From the NCBI GenBank assembly GCA_001643675.2, contig LSRY02000066.1:271015-335014 (forward strand): 64,000 bases of DNA. Reading direction: 5' to 3'. Every line of letters starts with the position of its first letter. Position 1 is the first letter of the stretch. The position numbers were made by a program, and so were the translations under genes. Source of the stretch: Monocercomonoides exilis PA203. Lineage: Eukaryota; Protista; Preaxostyla. The notes under the pieces were generated by a model. It was given only the letters and a program-made list of their open reading frames with translations, searched no databases and was not told where the DNA came from. This document shows positions 1-13,060 of the stretch, piece after piece.

Positions 1-273
1 CGAAGTTACTCTGTTTTGTTTTGTAATCTTCATTTTTTATCGGGCTATTAGTTTTTAATATATTTGTTGTGATTGTTGAGTTTTAAATATTAAAAATTTG
101 ATTTTTTTTTTAAAAGTTGGACAAAAAACAGTGCTAAAAAATTCCAAAAAATGACATATCAAATATCAAGTTTTCGTACTGTTTTATAAATAAAAAATGC
201 ACTTCATTATCGAAAAAAACCGTTTCATTATCTTGATCGGAAATCTTATAAGTTTTATTTCGGAAAGGTTTCA

Positions 274-2199
274 ATGAACGAATCTCCCGATGAATCATCC
301 CCCCAAAGGAAAAGCGGGAAAAGGAGACGTAAAAATAACATTTCATTAGAAACAGCAACCTTAGAAGATATCACTTCAAATTTTGCCAATGTCATTCTTA
401 CTCCACGCACTGAACGTGTATTTCAAAAAGAAGGAATAACTCTAAACGATTTACGACCATTTGATGATGCAGAAATTACAAAAAAAGATCTCTCTTTATC
501 TACAAATACAATTGATTTTAAACGTAAAAGAAGGGAGGCAAAACAAGAAGGTTTAAATTTTTATTTGTGAATAATCTTTTTTTTTCAATTTCATTTAAAA
601 ATTCAACTTGGATTGCCTTTGCTTAGAACTGTTTAATATGTTAAAGGAATCGTATGCTTCTGAAAGCAAGCGAAATGAATCTATTGAAGCATTGGAAAAA
701 GCAAAAAGTCAAGCTGAAAGAATGATATCTCAAGTATGCAAAATGATATAGTTGTATTTTTATCCTAATACGATTAAATATATTAATCTTTCTAGGAAGA
801 AGAAAGAGTTCGGGAACTTCGACTTAAAAAGAAAAGAGAAATTGAACTACAAGTTGAAAATGAAAAGAAGCGAGAAGATGAAAACCAACGTAAAATACGA
901 ATGATGGAAGAAAAAGAACAAATGAGAAAACAACAATTAAGCAAACATGCAATGGAGTTGCAAAGGAAAATGCAAGAAGCAAAAGAACGTGCTGAAGAAA
1001 AAAAGAAACAAGTCATGGAACAGCAAGCAAAGCATCTTGAAGAAAAAGAACGAACTCTAAAGCAAAGAGAACGTGAATTGGAAGAAAGGCAACGACAGCT
1101 TGAAGAAGAGAGAAGAGAGAAAGAGAGGCTCAAAAGGCAGCAAGAACAAGAAAGAGCAAGACAAAGAGAAGAAATTGTTATGAAAATGAAGAGAGAGACA
1201 GAAAAAACGAGAGCAGAATTGATTGCCAGGCAAGAAGAAGATGAAAGAAGACGAAAAGAGCTTGCAATGCAGCGCCAACGCGAGATGTTGGAGAAGCAAG
1301 AGATAGAAAAAGAGCAGAAGCTGGAGAAACAAGAGTATCTCGAACGGATGAAGCGAAAGGAAGAGTTTAGGAAACAGGAGACAAAGAGACGGATTGAGGA
1401 AGAAGAGAAGATGCGAAAAGAGATTGTGCAAAGGAAAGAAGTGCTATTGCAGATGCGGCGAGATGCAGAGATTCAGGAAGAAAGAGAGAAGAAGGCGCTG
1501 AAAGAGGCGATGATACAGTACCAGAAGACGGGAGTGTGGAAGCCGCCCAAATGGCTGGCTGAGATGAGCGAAACAGGAACAAGCTCCTCTTCTGCTTCGC
1601 GTGCTGGTCGGTCGCGCTCTTCGCTCGGTGTGCATTCTCATTCGCCAGCCGGCGGAGAGAAAAGGACTCGCTCGCGGCTGTCGTCGCAAACACCTACTCC
1701 CTCACACACACGCTCATCCACTTCATCTGCTTCTCCGGCTGATGCTTCTTCTCCTTCCTCCTCTTCTCTTCCCTCTGACATGTCTCTTCCTCCGCTGGAT
1801 GGCGTTCGAAAGTCGCCAAAACCTGCTTCTCTTTCGCCGACTTCACCCAAAAAGCGCAAACAGCCAACAACTTTTCCGAAAGAAGGCAAAGACTCTTTGC
1901 AATCTCCATCCGAAAAGGTGCAAAGGTCGAAAGCGCTAAGCGCAGAAAATGCTCCATCAACTGCATTTTATTCATATGTTCCTTCTCCATCATCGCCTCC
2001 AAGCACCGTTCTGACGCCTGTCAGATACCACGGTGCACCTTTTGATAAGCCAGAAGCACAAAAGCCAGCAAATGACTCTCCTTCATCGTCAAATTCGCTT
2101 CCTGATTCTTCGTTTTTGACTTGCTCGCCTCAAAATGATGCTCCCGTTCCCACGACAAACTCGGAACATTCTTTGGAAGGAGAACAAGAAGATGTTTAA
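274..2199 (+). CDS. Hypothetical coiled-coil protein with Ser/Pro-rich tail; 3 exons (introns 551-626, 734-795)
   Basis: Two GT-AG introns join ORF 274-570 in frame to ORF 901-2199. The protein has a long E/K/R/Q-rich helical region followed by a low-complexity tail. Confidence 0.75.
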
Positions 2200-3772
2200 G
2201 AAATAGTGAAACTTTCATTGTTTTGTCTGCTTTCTTCTCTTCTGTTTTTGCTATGAGGAAGAGATGTGTTTAAATTTTAGTCTATTCGTTTTATTTTTTT
2301 TATTGTAAAATTGTTTAATGTGGAAAATATTTGTTGTTTCAATTTATTTTTGGAATAAATTCGATTGAATTGTTTATCATTTTCAAATTTGAAAAATTAG
2401 CAATTTTTGACTGATATAAGCATATCAATACAGATTTGATAATTCTTCAATAAAACTTCATTCATCTTTGTTGCTTTCTTTGTATGAATGCAATCGAGTG
2501 AGTTTATGCACAGAAATGTATTGCTGTTCTTTCTTTGATTTTTATTTGAGTTCTTCTTTACTCTGGGTAATTGATTCTTTATATGTGTAACTCTTTATGA
2601 ACATTCATTCAAATTGTTATTGTTCCAATTGAACTTTAATGTAATTGAGCTTTTTGATGCGTTTCATATCAAAATAAACTTGTTATATGTTTAACAACTA
2701 GAATGATAAGCAGTTGAGATGCAATTTTCAGTTGATTAAGAATCTTCTGAATCATCTTTCGAATATCGAGATTATCAATCACTAAAGTTTTTGATTTTAC
2801 CATCTTTTGTTCAACATTTAGCTGCAATTCAAAGAAAAATAAAAATGAATATCCAAAGAATTGGGCAGAAATGCATCGTTATTTTCAAGCGTTATACGCG
2901 CGTAAGTACAAGAATTCTGTTTTCATTTTCATAAGACCAAATCTATTTCTTCTACATCGCAATTCTCAATGGAGTATTTTTCCCGTTATTGAATAAAAAC
3001 TGCTTTTCCAAAAGGCCAAATAGTTTTAAAGCAAATTATGTGTCAAAAAAGAAGCACGCCAAAGTCATCATAAACGGTTGTTATCGAAGCATTAAGATAT
3101 GAAATTGCAACAAAGAAAAATCAACTGATAAATTGATGAATAATGCTAATAAAAGATATTACTTATTTCAGAATGATAGTTTCATTTATCGATTATCATT
3201 CAAATAAAAAATATTTAAAAGACGAATATATTGAAGAGTGAATTCAAGTCGGGTCTAAAAGACTTGAATGACATCATAAGCACAATTCAAAAACGTAAAT
3301 CAAATAAAAACTAACAAAAATCAAAAGCATTAACGTAACCGGTCGATCCCGCAAAAAAGTTGTGAAAACATGTTCTGGCATGAACATGAAAAGTTTGGAG
3401 CAACAGAAGCGACAAGACAACGAAAATGTTACAAAAGAAAAAATATAAAAAATAACTATACGTCAATAAGCATAATATATAACACTGAAGAACAAGGGCA
3501 TTCAATCAAACAGTAAATAAAGAGAAGATGAAGAAAAGAACATTGAAAAAAAATTATAATCATTAACCACTAAAATATTTTCTCATTTCTTCTCTTTATC
3601 TTTCTTTCACTGTTTGTCTGATGATTTCAATTTATGCTCATTGATAACGCTTTCTCACAAATAAAACCAAAAGTGGTAATGGAAAAGAAAAAGAATCAAA
3701 TGTGAATTTTTCACATTCTTCTCTTTTCTTTACCATTATGTTAATGCCTTTTTTGTTCATCCATTCTTTTAT

Positions 3773-6267
3773 TTACTCGACAGTCACTGACTTTGCCAGG
3801 TTTCTTGGTCTGTCTGGGTTCAAACCTTTGGCCACAGCCACTTTGTAAGCAATGAGCTGCAAGGGCACCACCATCAGCATTGGCGACATGGCCTCAGAAA
3901 TATGCGGGACACGCACAACATAGTCGCTCAGATGGAGCACTCTGTCAACATCGTCTGGGTCATTTGACAGGGCAGCGTATGCAAGCGAAGGGGTGGGAGG
4001 ATTGGAGATGCTGGTTGGGGTGGTCGAGGCAGAGGGGATGGACGAGGAGGACGAAGACGCATCAAGAGTTGTCGATGAGGGGGAAGTCGAAAGAATAGAA
4101 GTCATCGAAGCAGATGCTGCGGGTGTGCGAATGTCGAGAGTAACATCCACATTGGCCAGATGCGAGGAAGATGAATGGAAAATAGGGGCAGATGGTGTTG
4201 GCGCTGCAATCTTTGAGAGAGAAGGAGAAGGAGAAGGACTTGGTGTGGGTGAAGGTGATGAACGAGGAAGTTGCGAAGAGACAGCATTTGCAGGTGGTGT
4301 TGAAAGCGAGCCGAAGAATGGAGAACTCGAAGGAGAAGCCAGGAAATCTGAAGAGAGCGAAGGTGACATGTTTTGCTTGACATTCACAGCAGACTTCATT
4401 TCAGGTGCGTCGGTGATGGTGATGATAGTTCCCTGTCGTGTCTTGATCTCCTCCATGTTGTTGAGCACTTTTGTGAACTGGGTCTCTTTGGAGGCGCCGA
4501 GGATGAAGAACACGGGCATCCCTTTCTCCACTAGAGCGATTGGGCCATGCTTCATCTCTCCAGCTGGATATCCCTCAGCGTGGATGTAGCTGATCTCCTT
4601 CATCTTCAGAGCTCCTTCAAGTGCAAGCGGATAATCCACACCGCGCCCCAAAAACAGAGCCGATTTCTTGTTCTTCACTGCCTCCACAATCGCGTCGATG
4701 GCTGTCATTGTGGATGTCGACGACAGAATACGTTGGATCCCGTCGGGTACTCTGCGCAGCTCCTGCTGAATTCGAAGAGAGTACTCCTCGTTCTGCGCAA
4801 GAAATGCACTCAACAGCACCATAGCGCACACCTGGCACGAGAACGCCTTCGTCGATGCCACACCAATCTCTGCACCGGCATGCAAATACATCCCTTGACC
4901 TGCTATTCTGGCAATCTGCGATCCGACCACATTCACAATACCTGCCAGCTGTGCCCCTTGTTTCTTTGCGAGAAGCAGAGCCTCGCGCGTGTCTGCCGTC
5001 TCACCAGATTGTGATACAGCTATCACCAGATCATTTTTGTTGCACAGGCAGCGTCGATATATAAACTCCGAGGCATATTCACAATCAACTGGTATTCCAG
5101 CAAATTGCTCAATCAGATGTCTTCCAACAAGAGATGCGTAGTACGATGTCCCGCAAGCTAGAAACACAATTTTTCGCAACGACTCTGGAACCGAAACATG
5201 AATTGACGTAATGTTGTCGATTTTTCCTGCAAAAGTCTGTTGAACTGCAGTTGGCTGCTGATAAATCTCTTTCAGCATATAATGTGGGAAATCGCCAATC
5301 TCATACTCTGCTGGTTCAAAAGGAATACGTACAATACGTGCTGCTGATTCTTCTGAAGTTAAAGGAGTTGACATTTCAAAATTTTGGGCAAGTTTATACA
5401 CGTGATGTTCGGTTTCCGATGCAACGCACACTTCATGATCATCCAAATGAATGACTTTTTCTGTGTGTTCCCGAAATGCTATGGGATCTGATGCAATAAA
5501 TAATTCGTTTTCTCCAATTCCAATTGACATCGGAGATGATAATCTTGCAGCATACACTTTCTTCTCAGTCGAGTGAAGCACGCACACAGCATACGCTCCT
5601 GAATGTCATTTTTGTTGACAATAAAATCACGATTAATTGGAAATCAATAACAAAAACAACTTCAATATTTCTTGAATTGCAAATTTGCAAACCAACGATT
5701 TTTGAAAGCATTAATACAAAAGTACTTAATGTATCCAAATGATAGGTCTTGTGAAGATGTTCGAGCAATATCGCAATAACTTCTACGTCATTTTGGCTTT
5801 CAAATTTGTAACCTTCTTTTTTCATGAATGAAGTTAACTCTGTGCTGTTTTCAATAATACCGTTCAATACAACAGCCCAATTTCCATCATTGCTGATAAA
5901 TGGATGAGTGTTTTCAGTTGTGGGAAGTCCCATAGTTGGCCATCTTGTGTGTCCGATGCCCAAGCAAAAAGATTCAGGATGAGCAAGAATTGAGTCGGAG
6001 TATTGCTCTTTCAACAATTTCTCCAAAGCGGCAACCGTTCCTGCTGTTTTTGCCAAAATAATTTTCTCCTCATCTTTCTTGATCATTGCGACTCCAGCTC
6101 CATCATACCCTCGATACTTGAAAATACATCAAATATTTAAATGAACATTTAAATGAAGCCATAAACATATTAAATATAAAAAAGTTCAATACTTCCAGTC
6201 TATGCAGTCCTTGTATGATTGTTATAAGTACTGGACGCCCACCAATATATGCAAATATCCCGCACAT
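3773..6267 (-). CDS. glmS: Glutamine:fructose-6-phosphate aminotransferase (GFAT/GlmS), 774 aa; introns 6117-6192 and 5599-5692
   Basis: The spliced product starts MCGIFAY (catalytic Cys1). It contains LEYRGYD, GHTRW, NGIIEN, SQSGETADT, EIGVASTKAF and ALKMKEISYIHAEG..KHGP, and ends PRNLAKSVTVE. Confidence 0.96.
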
Positions 6268-6339
6268 CTGCCTGTTATTTGATCGAGTAAATTTGATCTA
6301 GCCATTATTAGCATCAGATTAATTGAACTGAAAATAAAA

Positions 6340-7383
6340 ATGGGAGAGAAAACGAACTCAATTAAAATGATAGATAATACTGATATCATCCAGTCGTTTT
6401 TGGATGAAATCAATGTTGAAAACCGTAATACATCTCCTAATTCTTGGGTGTTTGTAAGTAATTTGAATGGAGTTGATATATTCCACAAAACATTTGATAA
6501 ACATATTGGAATCTTGGGAGAAGCGTTTTTACCAGATGTTAATCCCTCAACATTTTTCAGTTTGAATTTTGTGTTTTGAAGCATTTTTTTGGGAATGTTA
6601 TAAAAACTAAATGTTTTTATTTTTAATTTTTTTTTAGATTTTCTTAGAAAAGCTGGAAATAGAGTTAGTTTTGATAAATCTTGTGTTGATAGCAATGACG
6701 TTGATAAACTAACACCAGAAAGTGATGTCATAAGATATTATTTTAAGTTGTGGCCAGCTGCACCCCGTGATGTTGTTGTAAAGGTTAATATTTATTTATT
6801 TATTTATTTTTATTGAAAATAATTTAAATGGATTCAGCGTTGTTGGAAAGAGTTAAAAAATAAATCTTTCATTCTTGCTGAAACATCTATCACTCATTCA
6901 GAGTATTTTCTTTTTCGATTGTTTTGTTTTTGAAAGAGTTAATTTATTCTTAACGTAATTACAAAATTAAACAGAACACCTGAAGTTCCAACTTATTTGC
7001 GTTCTGATGTTGCAATTGCTGGATACTTACTTAGCAGACATCGCATTCCAAAGGGAAAATCATCAATTGATACATCATCTATTTCTGAAGATGTTAAAGG
7101 AAAGGTTGAAAGTGATTTTGCGCAAAGCTCTTCAACAACTCCGACTTCTCCTGTGCCTTCGATTTCTCCATCTATGCTTTCATCAACACTTACAAGCGCA
7201 GCAATTGGAACTGAGGAAGAAGTTGAAGATTATGAGAATTATATATATGGTACAAAATACACTTATCTAGTTGTAGTTGATCCAATGGCATGGGTACCTG
7301 AAACAGTATTAAGAAAATGGAGTTTGGAATATCCACAAATTTTGAAGGCTGCTGCGGAAGAAATGAAGAGTAGGGGAAGATAA
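6340..7383 (+). CDS. START/SRPBCC lipid-transfer domain protein; introns 6560-6637, 6784-6837, 6903-6974
   Basis: The spliced frame gives RVSFDK, LWPAAPRDVVVKRCW, SITHSETPEVPTYLRS and TYLVVVDPMAWVP, matching the START motifs WP..PRD.V and DP.GW.P. Confidence 0.8.
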
Positions 7384-8883
7384 TCAAGTTTGCAAATATA
7401 TTTTCGGAAAACAAAAAACCTCTTTAAAACAACAACTATATTAATGCATTAAAAATTTTCTAAATTGCGCTTTTTTAGAACTTTGCTTCTTTTGTTTAAA
7501 GTTATCCCAAACGTGTTTCCATTTTTGTAATTGTGCTTTTTTAAGTTATTTACTCCAAAATTGCAAAATTGCATTTCACTTGTTATTCACTTCACTTTAT
7601 GTTTGTCTTTTTTGAAATTATTTTTGGTTGAGATCAATTTTTATGTTTGTATTTTTGTTGATTTTTTTCATAATTTTAAAATAATAAAATAAAATAAAAT
7701 AAAGTTTACGTTTTGAAGATTTAGCGGCTGTTGTTATCTCGGTAAAGGATCATTTCACATTGATGCCTTCGAGATTATTGATTGGAAATGTTAGTCTGAT
7801 TAGATGCTGCTTTCAACTATATCAATTTGTTTTGTGCCTTACTTGCGTTACACAAATTTCAAAAGTGTTATTTATGGACTTGTCCAGCAGCGCAAAAATT
7901 ATTATTTCAGTTTTTTCTTGTATGAAATTATTTTTGTGTATTTTTTACATTTTTTAATTCTCTTTGTAATGATTATTTTCGATCACGCAAATTCAATTAT
8001 GAATATTTTGTAAACAATAAGTGATAATTATGATTATTGAATTTTTTACTGTGTTCATTACGCATTTTAGCACGGTTTTGGCATTTGTTTCTCTTATTCT
8101 TCATATTGCCGGCTCAATATGGTTGACATTCATTTATCTGGAAAATAGATCTGGAACAGAATTTTGGATATGCTTGCTTATTGGAAGGTATTTTTATCGA
8201 TTAGAAACATCTCTTTATCTTTTTTTTCAAGTCTTCTACCTTTTCTTTTAGATATTCTTTGGATCATCTTCGCTGTACATTGTACCAAAAAGAACAAAAT
8301 ATCTTGAAATAGCATTAATTTTCATTAAGTGTTTTTCCGAAACGTCTATTAGCATTCAATTTTCACATGTATTTGAATAAATTAATTTGTATATTTGCAT
8401 ATCTCGACGTTCGGCGTTCAATTCGCAAAATGAATGTTTCATTTTATAAAAGTGTGGTTTTGACAGAAAATCTGAAATCTGTCAAAAGTTCTTGAATGTT
8501 ACAAGCTCTTATTTTTTTTTTTTTTTTAGAATGAGAAAATGCAATTTCCAAATTTCATTTTAAAGAATGTGAAACAATTTTTTTATTCCGTGGAAAATAA
8601 TTGCATGTGAATTTTATAATTTTTTAATTCAGTTTTTGCAAAAATAAAAAGAACAAACTTTTGAAATAAATAAACTTTTTGGAAAGAAGTTTTAACAAAT
8701 TATTGAATTAAATTAAAATAAATTAATAAATTAAGTTAAGTTAAAAAATAAAACGTGGAAATAAGTGTAGATTTCATAATAATATTTATGTGTAATTTGG
8801 TTGATGTTTCAATTTCTGTGCGAATTGAAACGATGATTTTCAACTTTCTCATCAAGAAGAAATATTTCTTTCTTCAAGTCGTC

Positions 8884-10792
8884 TTATCGGACAGATTGAA
8901 TGAATGGAGCTGCTCTGATATGTCTCTCCATGGCATTTTCCATTCCTCTATTCCTATTAAAACGTGGTGGCATATGCAAAGTTCTCTGAAGCGGGGGAGC
9001 TCTTGGAATAGTAACAGAATTCAGAAGAGGTGGTGCTCTTGGAACAGAAATAGAATTTAGAAGCGGGGGAGCTCTTGGAATAGTAACAGAATTCGGAAGC
9101 GGAGGTGCTGGCGGAATGTATGGTATTTCAAAAATAGATTGATTTTTTGGATTGGCAGAAACATAACTCTGTGCAATTCTTACAGGGCGATGATTGGAAA
9201 TGTTGTCATCTATCTCTACAACAGGCACTTGATACTGGAGAAGATCGTTAGGGAGAGGAGGAGGTGTTGGTACGAACTCATTCACAACACCGCTGAATGA
9301 TCCATCTTCACTTCTCAAAGTTGTTCGAAAATTCCTTTGCTTCTTTCTGGAATTTTTATTGATTGCCAAACAATATTCCATTTTTAATGTTATCAATTTT
9401 TCGATTCGAAAAAAAAAGAATAGAATAAAAATTAATAAAGTCAAACGGTCTTCTGGAACGGCTAACTCTTCGCGTGCTTTTGATTCCCTCCAGCATCTCC
9501 ACATGTTCTAAAACATGTTTTTCGTATCTTTTTTCACTGTGTGTATTCTTTAAGTTCTCGAATGGATCCTCTGTCTCCAGTTCCATGCTTGGCAATAACT
9601 GGCGCAATCTATATGCGTCAGTGAAATAAAACATGGAAACACCCATTGCAGCTATTTTCACTTCAGCATTTTTTGAGGTTAAAAATGGAACCAGCGCCCT
9701 GCGGATCTGCTCCTTGTATAATTCAATAGAAGCTTGTGGCAATGAAGACAGCTGCTCAGATGTGAGCAAGGCGAGAAGGGCACGAGAGATGTTAATTGCG
9801 CATTCCTGATGGAAGCATTTCATTGCGTCTTGCTCAAAAACTCGTCTCGTCGAATACGAAGTTGAGGTTGACGAAGAAGATGAAGTTGATGATGTAAAAG
9901 AAGATGATTCTGAAGATGATAATGAAGTTGAATTTTGTTCAATGTTTTTCACAAAATTTATCAAATCATTTATGCAAAGTTCAATAAACCCTTTCATTTT
10001 CCTTTCAGCTTTTAGGATATCAAAAGTGGCTAAATTATCGTTCAAAGAATTTCTAACTTCTTTTTCAGTTTGTATGAATGTTTGTTCCTCATTTTCCATG
10101 GTCGATACATCTTCTATAAATGAGGAAGAAGAAAGAAGAGAAACAATAGAATCGGTGGCATTTCGCACAACAATGTTATTCGTGCTCTTGATAAAATACA
10201 AACGTTCCAAACGTACCAAATGAATAACATTTCATTTGACAAAATAAACTTAAATCAAAAGATGAAGAACAAATAAGCAAACATTTACAAATTTAAACAG
10301 TAAAGATATTGCTTCATCACTGATGTTATGATTTTGATTCGCTGAGAAACAGCTGGATAATAGCGACAAAAGTTTTAATGCCTCTCTCTTGTTTTATAAA
10401 AAAATTATAAAAAAATAAAATCTGAATTTAAAGAAACAGTACTGTAATGCAATCATTTATTTTTTGTTCAATCACTTTTTCAAGAATGGATATAATTCCT
10501 ATTTGCATCAAAATCTCAGAAACAGCAGAATCTATCAAATTGTTAGCTTTCTCGAAAATAAAAGCAGTGTAACACCTTCAATCACATAATGTGATAAACG
10601 CTTTATTGAGTTCATAATTGAAAGAGGATCGTTTCCTTGTAACATATTAATCAATTTATCAATTGAATAATTCTAAATACATCTTGAAACTTTGTTCTAA
10701 CAAAATTCAAAAATATTTTATACTTCTTTTATTTCATAATCAGAATGATACGGAACATATATTTCATGTTCAAAGTAATCTGAATCGCACAT
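8884..10792 (-). CDS. Hypothetical helical (ARM/HEAT-like) protein with C-terminal proline-rich repeats; multi-exon, 5' exons tentative
   Basis: Intron 9347-9446 (GTTTGA..CCAG) joins ORF 9356-10219 to ORF 8884-9504 in frame. Coding-like exons extend to an ATG at 10792, with one probable homopolymer frameshift near 10460. Confidence 0.6.
8989..9117 (-). repeat. 36-bp coding tandem repeat, ~3.6 copies (12-aa unit IPRAPPLLNSVT)
   Basis: The translation reads IPPAPPLPNSVT-IPRAPPLLNSIS-VPRAPPLLNSVT-IPRAPPL, and the repeat is visible in the DNA. Confidence 0.9.
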
Positions 10793-10864
10793 TGAAAACA
10801 AGCTTCACAATAATTAAAAATATTTCTTAAGGTTAGTTGATCTGACGTTTTGGGTTTTTTTCAA

Positions 10865-11737
10865 ATGGCATATTCATCTCATTCTTCCCATGGTTTTTCA
10901 ATCACTGATCCCTCAAACTTATATGATGATGACGTCTCATGGGCATCATCAAAAAAGCGTTTTGATTATCTTCATGACGACGAGAAACCGCAAATTAGAG
11001 GCGGCGATATATTTGATGATGACAATTTTCGTACATTGCCTCGAAAAAGTCATAATCCAGTTGAATCTGATTTGCCATCAAAAAGAGATTCAATTCAGTT
11101 ATCAAAATCCGCCAAACTCCCCTTGGTTGAAACAACTCAAAATGAAACACGAATTGAGTCAGTTGCTACAAAAGAGAAAATGATTATTCCTTCATTTAAA
11201 AAAGATGGAACTCCTTTAACAGACAAAGAGCGTAGGAAATATGCTAAACAACTTGAACGATGGGAAAAGTGGAAAGAGCAGCATGAAAGGTTCGAAAGGC
11301 TAAAATATGCAGAAGAAGAAAAGGCTGGGATTTCTGTTATCAAAACTACAGATGCAGATGTGTCGTTGAAGGAAAAACAACTTTTTATTGAAAGCATGGA
11401 ACAAAAAAAGAAAGAAAAAAAATTAAAAAAGAAGGAGAAAAAGGAGAAAAAGGAAAAGAAAGAAAAAAAGGAAAAAAAGAAAGACAAAAAAGAAAAAAAG
11501 GAAAAGAAAGACAAATTGCTTATGGAAGAAGGAATTGTTAAAGTTGATAATGAAGACGAAAGAAAATCGAAAGAACTATTGCCTTCTTCCACTGTTACAG
11601 TTTCAGATGGCAGCCAAAAAAAAGATGAAGGTACAAAGCAAGATGATGACAGTGACAGCAGTTCTGACATAACATCATACAGCGATTTAAGCCTTGGAGA
11701 TGATTTTTTTGCAAGCCTGAAAAGTCAAAAAAAATAA
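10865..11737 (+). CDS. Hypothetical Lys/Glu-rich protein with a (KKE)n tract, possibly nuclear or nucleolar
   Basis: Single ORF from the ATG at 10865, with a KKEKKEKKE repeat and an acidic Ser-rich tail. Confidence 0.7.
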   Translation: MAYSSHSSHGFSITDPSNLYDDDVSWASSKKRFDYLHDDEKPQIRGGDIFDDDNFRTLPRKSHNPVESDLPSKRDSIQLSKSAKLPLVETTQNETRIESVATKEKMIIPSFKKDGTPLTDKERRKYAKQLERWEKWKEQHERFERLKYAEEEKAGISVIKTTDADVSLKEKQLFIESMEQKKKEKKLKKKEKKEKKEKKEKKEKKKDKKEKKEKKDKLLMEEGIVKVDNEDERKSKELLPSSTVTVSDGSQKKDEGTKQDDDSDSSSDITSYSDLSLGDDFFASLKSQKK

Positions 11738-12820
11738 TTGCAAAATACAAAATGCCCGATTGTGAAAAAGGAATGCAATAAATTCAACATTTTTGTGCAA
11801 AGCTTTCGATAATGAATATTCATTGAATTTTTATTTCTGAATCATTTCGTGTCTTATGTTTGGTATTAGAGAAACTTGTGATTATATTTACAGTCTAATT
11901 ATTTGAAATTTTTTGAAATTTTTTAGGATTTATATTTTTCTAATTATATTTCTGTAAAAAATTAAGTTTTTGATTTTTCTTGTTATTTTCGTTTATGTTT
12001 TTGTTGTTGTCGGAGTAATGCTGATGTTTGTCTGTTTGATCGTTTGATGTGCTACCAACTGGAACGTTTTGTTTATGAAATGAAAAAATATACTCTTCTG
12101 TCTTCCAAATACATTTTGAAAAAGAATTTAATTTTGTGTTTTTGATTCAATGCTGAAAACACCATGAAATCATGCTTTATAGAAGTTTTATTTGAATTCG
12201 CAAATGCTTTTTTTTTCCTTTCACTTCATTGTTTTTTCTCTTGCATAAAAAACATTCAATGTTTCTTATTACATACTCCAATAATTGTCTCAAACAATCT
12301 GCCGCTCCAATCAAATTCGTACAATTCAAATATTCACAAGAAAACAATGTCAATCGCCTCGCATTCCAATTCCGAGCAGCACTCCTCAAATAATGTTTGA
12401 TCTCTCATCTCCTGCAGCTCCTGCCTGAAGACTCGCGCCTAATCCAAAACTCGTCAGAATCCCGCAATATATTCGCATCTCTCGCTGCTTCAGGGGCTTT
12501 CTCAATGCAACCCATTGCTTCTTCTCAATAGCAGCATCTTCCCCATTTTGAGAGGCATTTCCCCTTCAACAAGAAGGTTTTCGATTCCGTCACTGAAGTC
12601 TATCTTTGCCATAATCGGTCCATCTAACTCAATTGAGGCCAACATACAAGAAGCAACAAAACGAGCTTCATTTTCGTTGAACAGATCTATGCTGAACACT
12701 CGCCCGATTGCACTCAAAATGAATCGCTTTTCCAACAACAAAGAAGCTCGCCATGACAAAATTGACCTTCCTGCCTGAAACGTTCCATCTATCCGCATTC
12801 CTTCTCCGATTACCATCCAA

Positions 12821-12823
12821 AAA

Positions 12824-12854
<31 letters not shown>

Positions 12855-12856
12855 AT
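12821..12856. repeat. (AAAT)9 microsatellite
   Basis: Read directly from the sequence. Confidence 0.9.
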
Positions 12857-13060
12857 TTAAAAAAAATAAAATTTTAATATTTATTATTAAAACAATTGCA
12901 TTTTTAACCTCTTCGAGTCACACACATAAAAAAACAATATTGAAGCACTATCATTTTCTATCCCCCATTTTTGAATTAATTGATTTATTTATTTCTTTAA
13001 AACGAATATTTTGAAAAAAATGGACCATAATTAATTTACACTTTTGAATCTTGCTTATTT

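Noticed and set aside
792-1939. Antisense and alternative-frame ORFs over gene 274-2199 (likewise over GFAT, calnexin and the 32-36 kb gene)
   Set aside because: These are shadow ORFs produced by low-complexity GAA/TCT codon runs, with no independent motifs.
2300-3700. Short coding-like patches (e.g. EYPKNWAEMHRYFQ near 2850)
   Set aside because: I could not build a consistent exon chain.
7600-8450. Possible small multi-exon membrane protein gene
   Set aside because: Hydrophobic ORFs are expected from T-rich DNA, and I found no convincing start or splice model.
12160-12970. GC-richer coding-like stretch
   Set aside because: The frames I translated on both strands are interrupted and show no recognisable domain. 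It may be a decayed gene but cannot be assigned.
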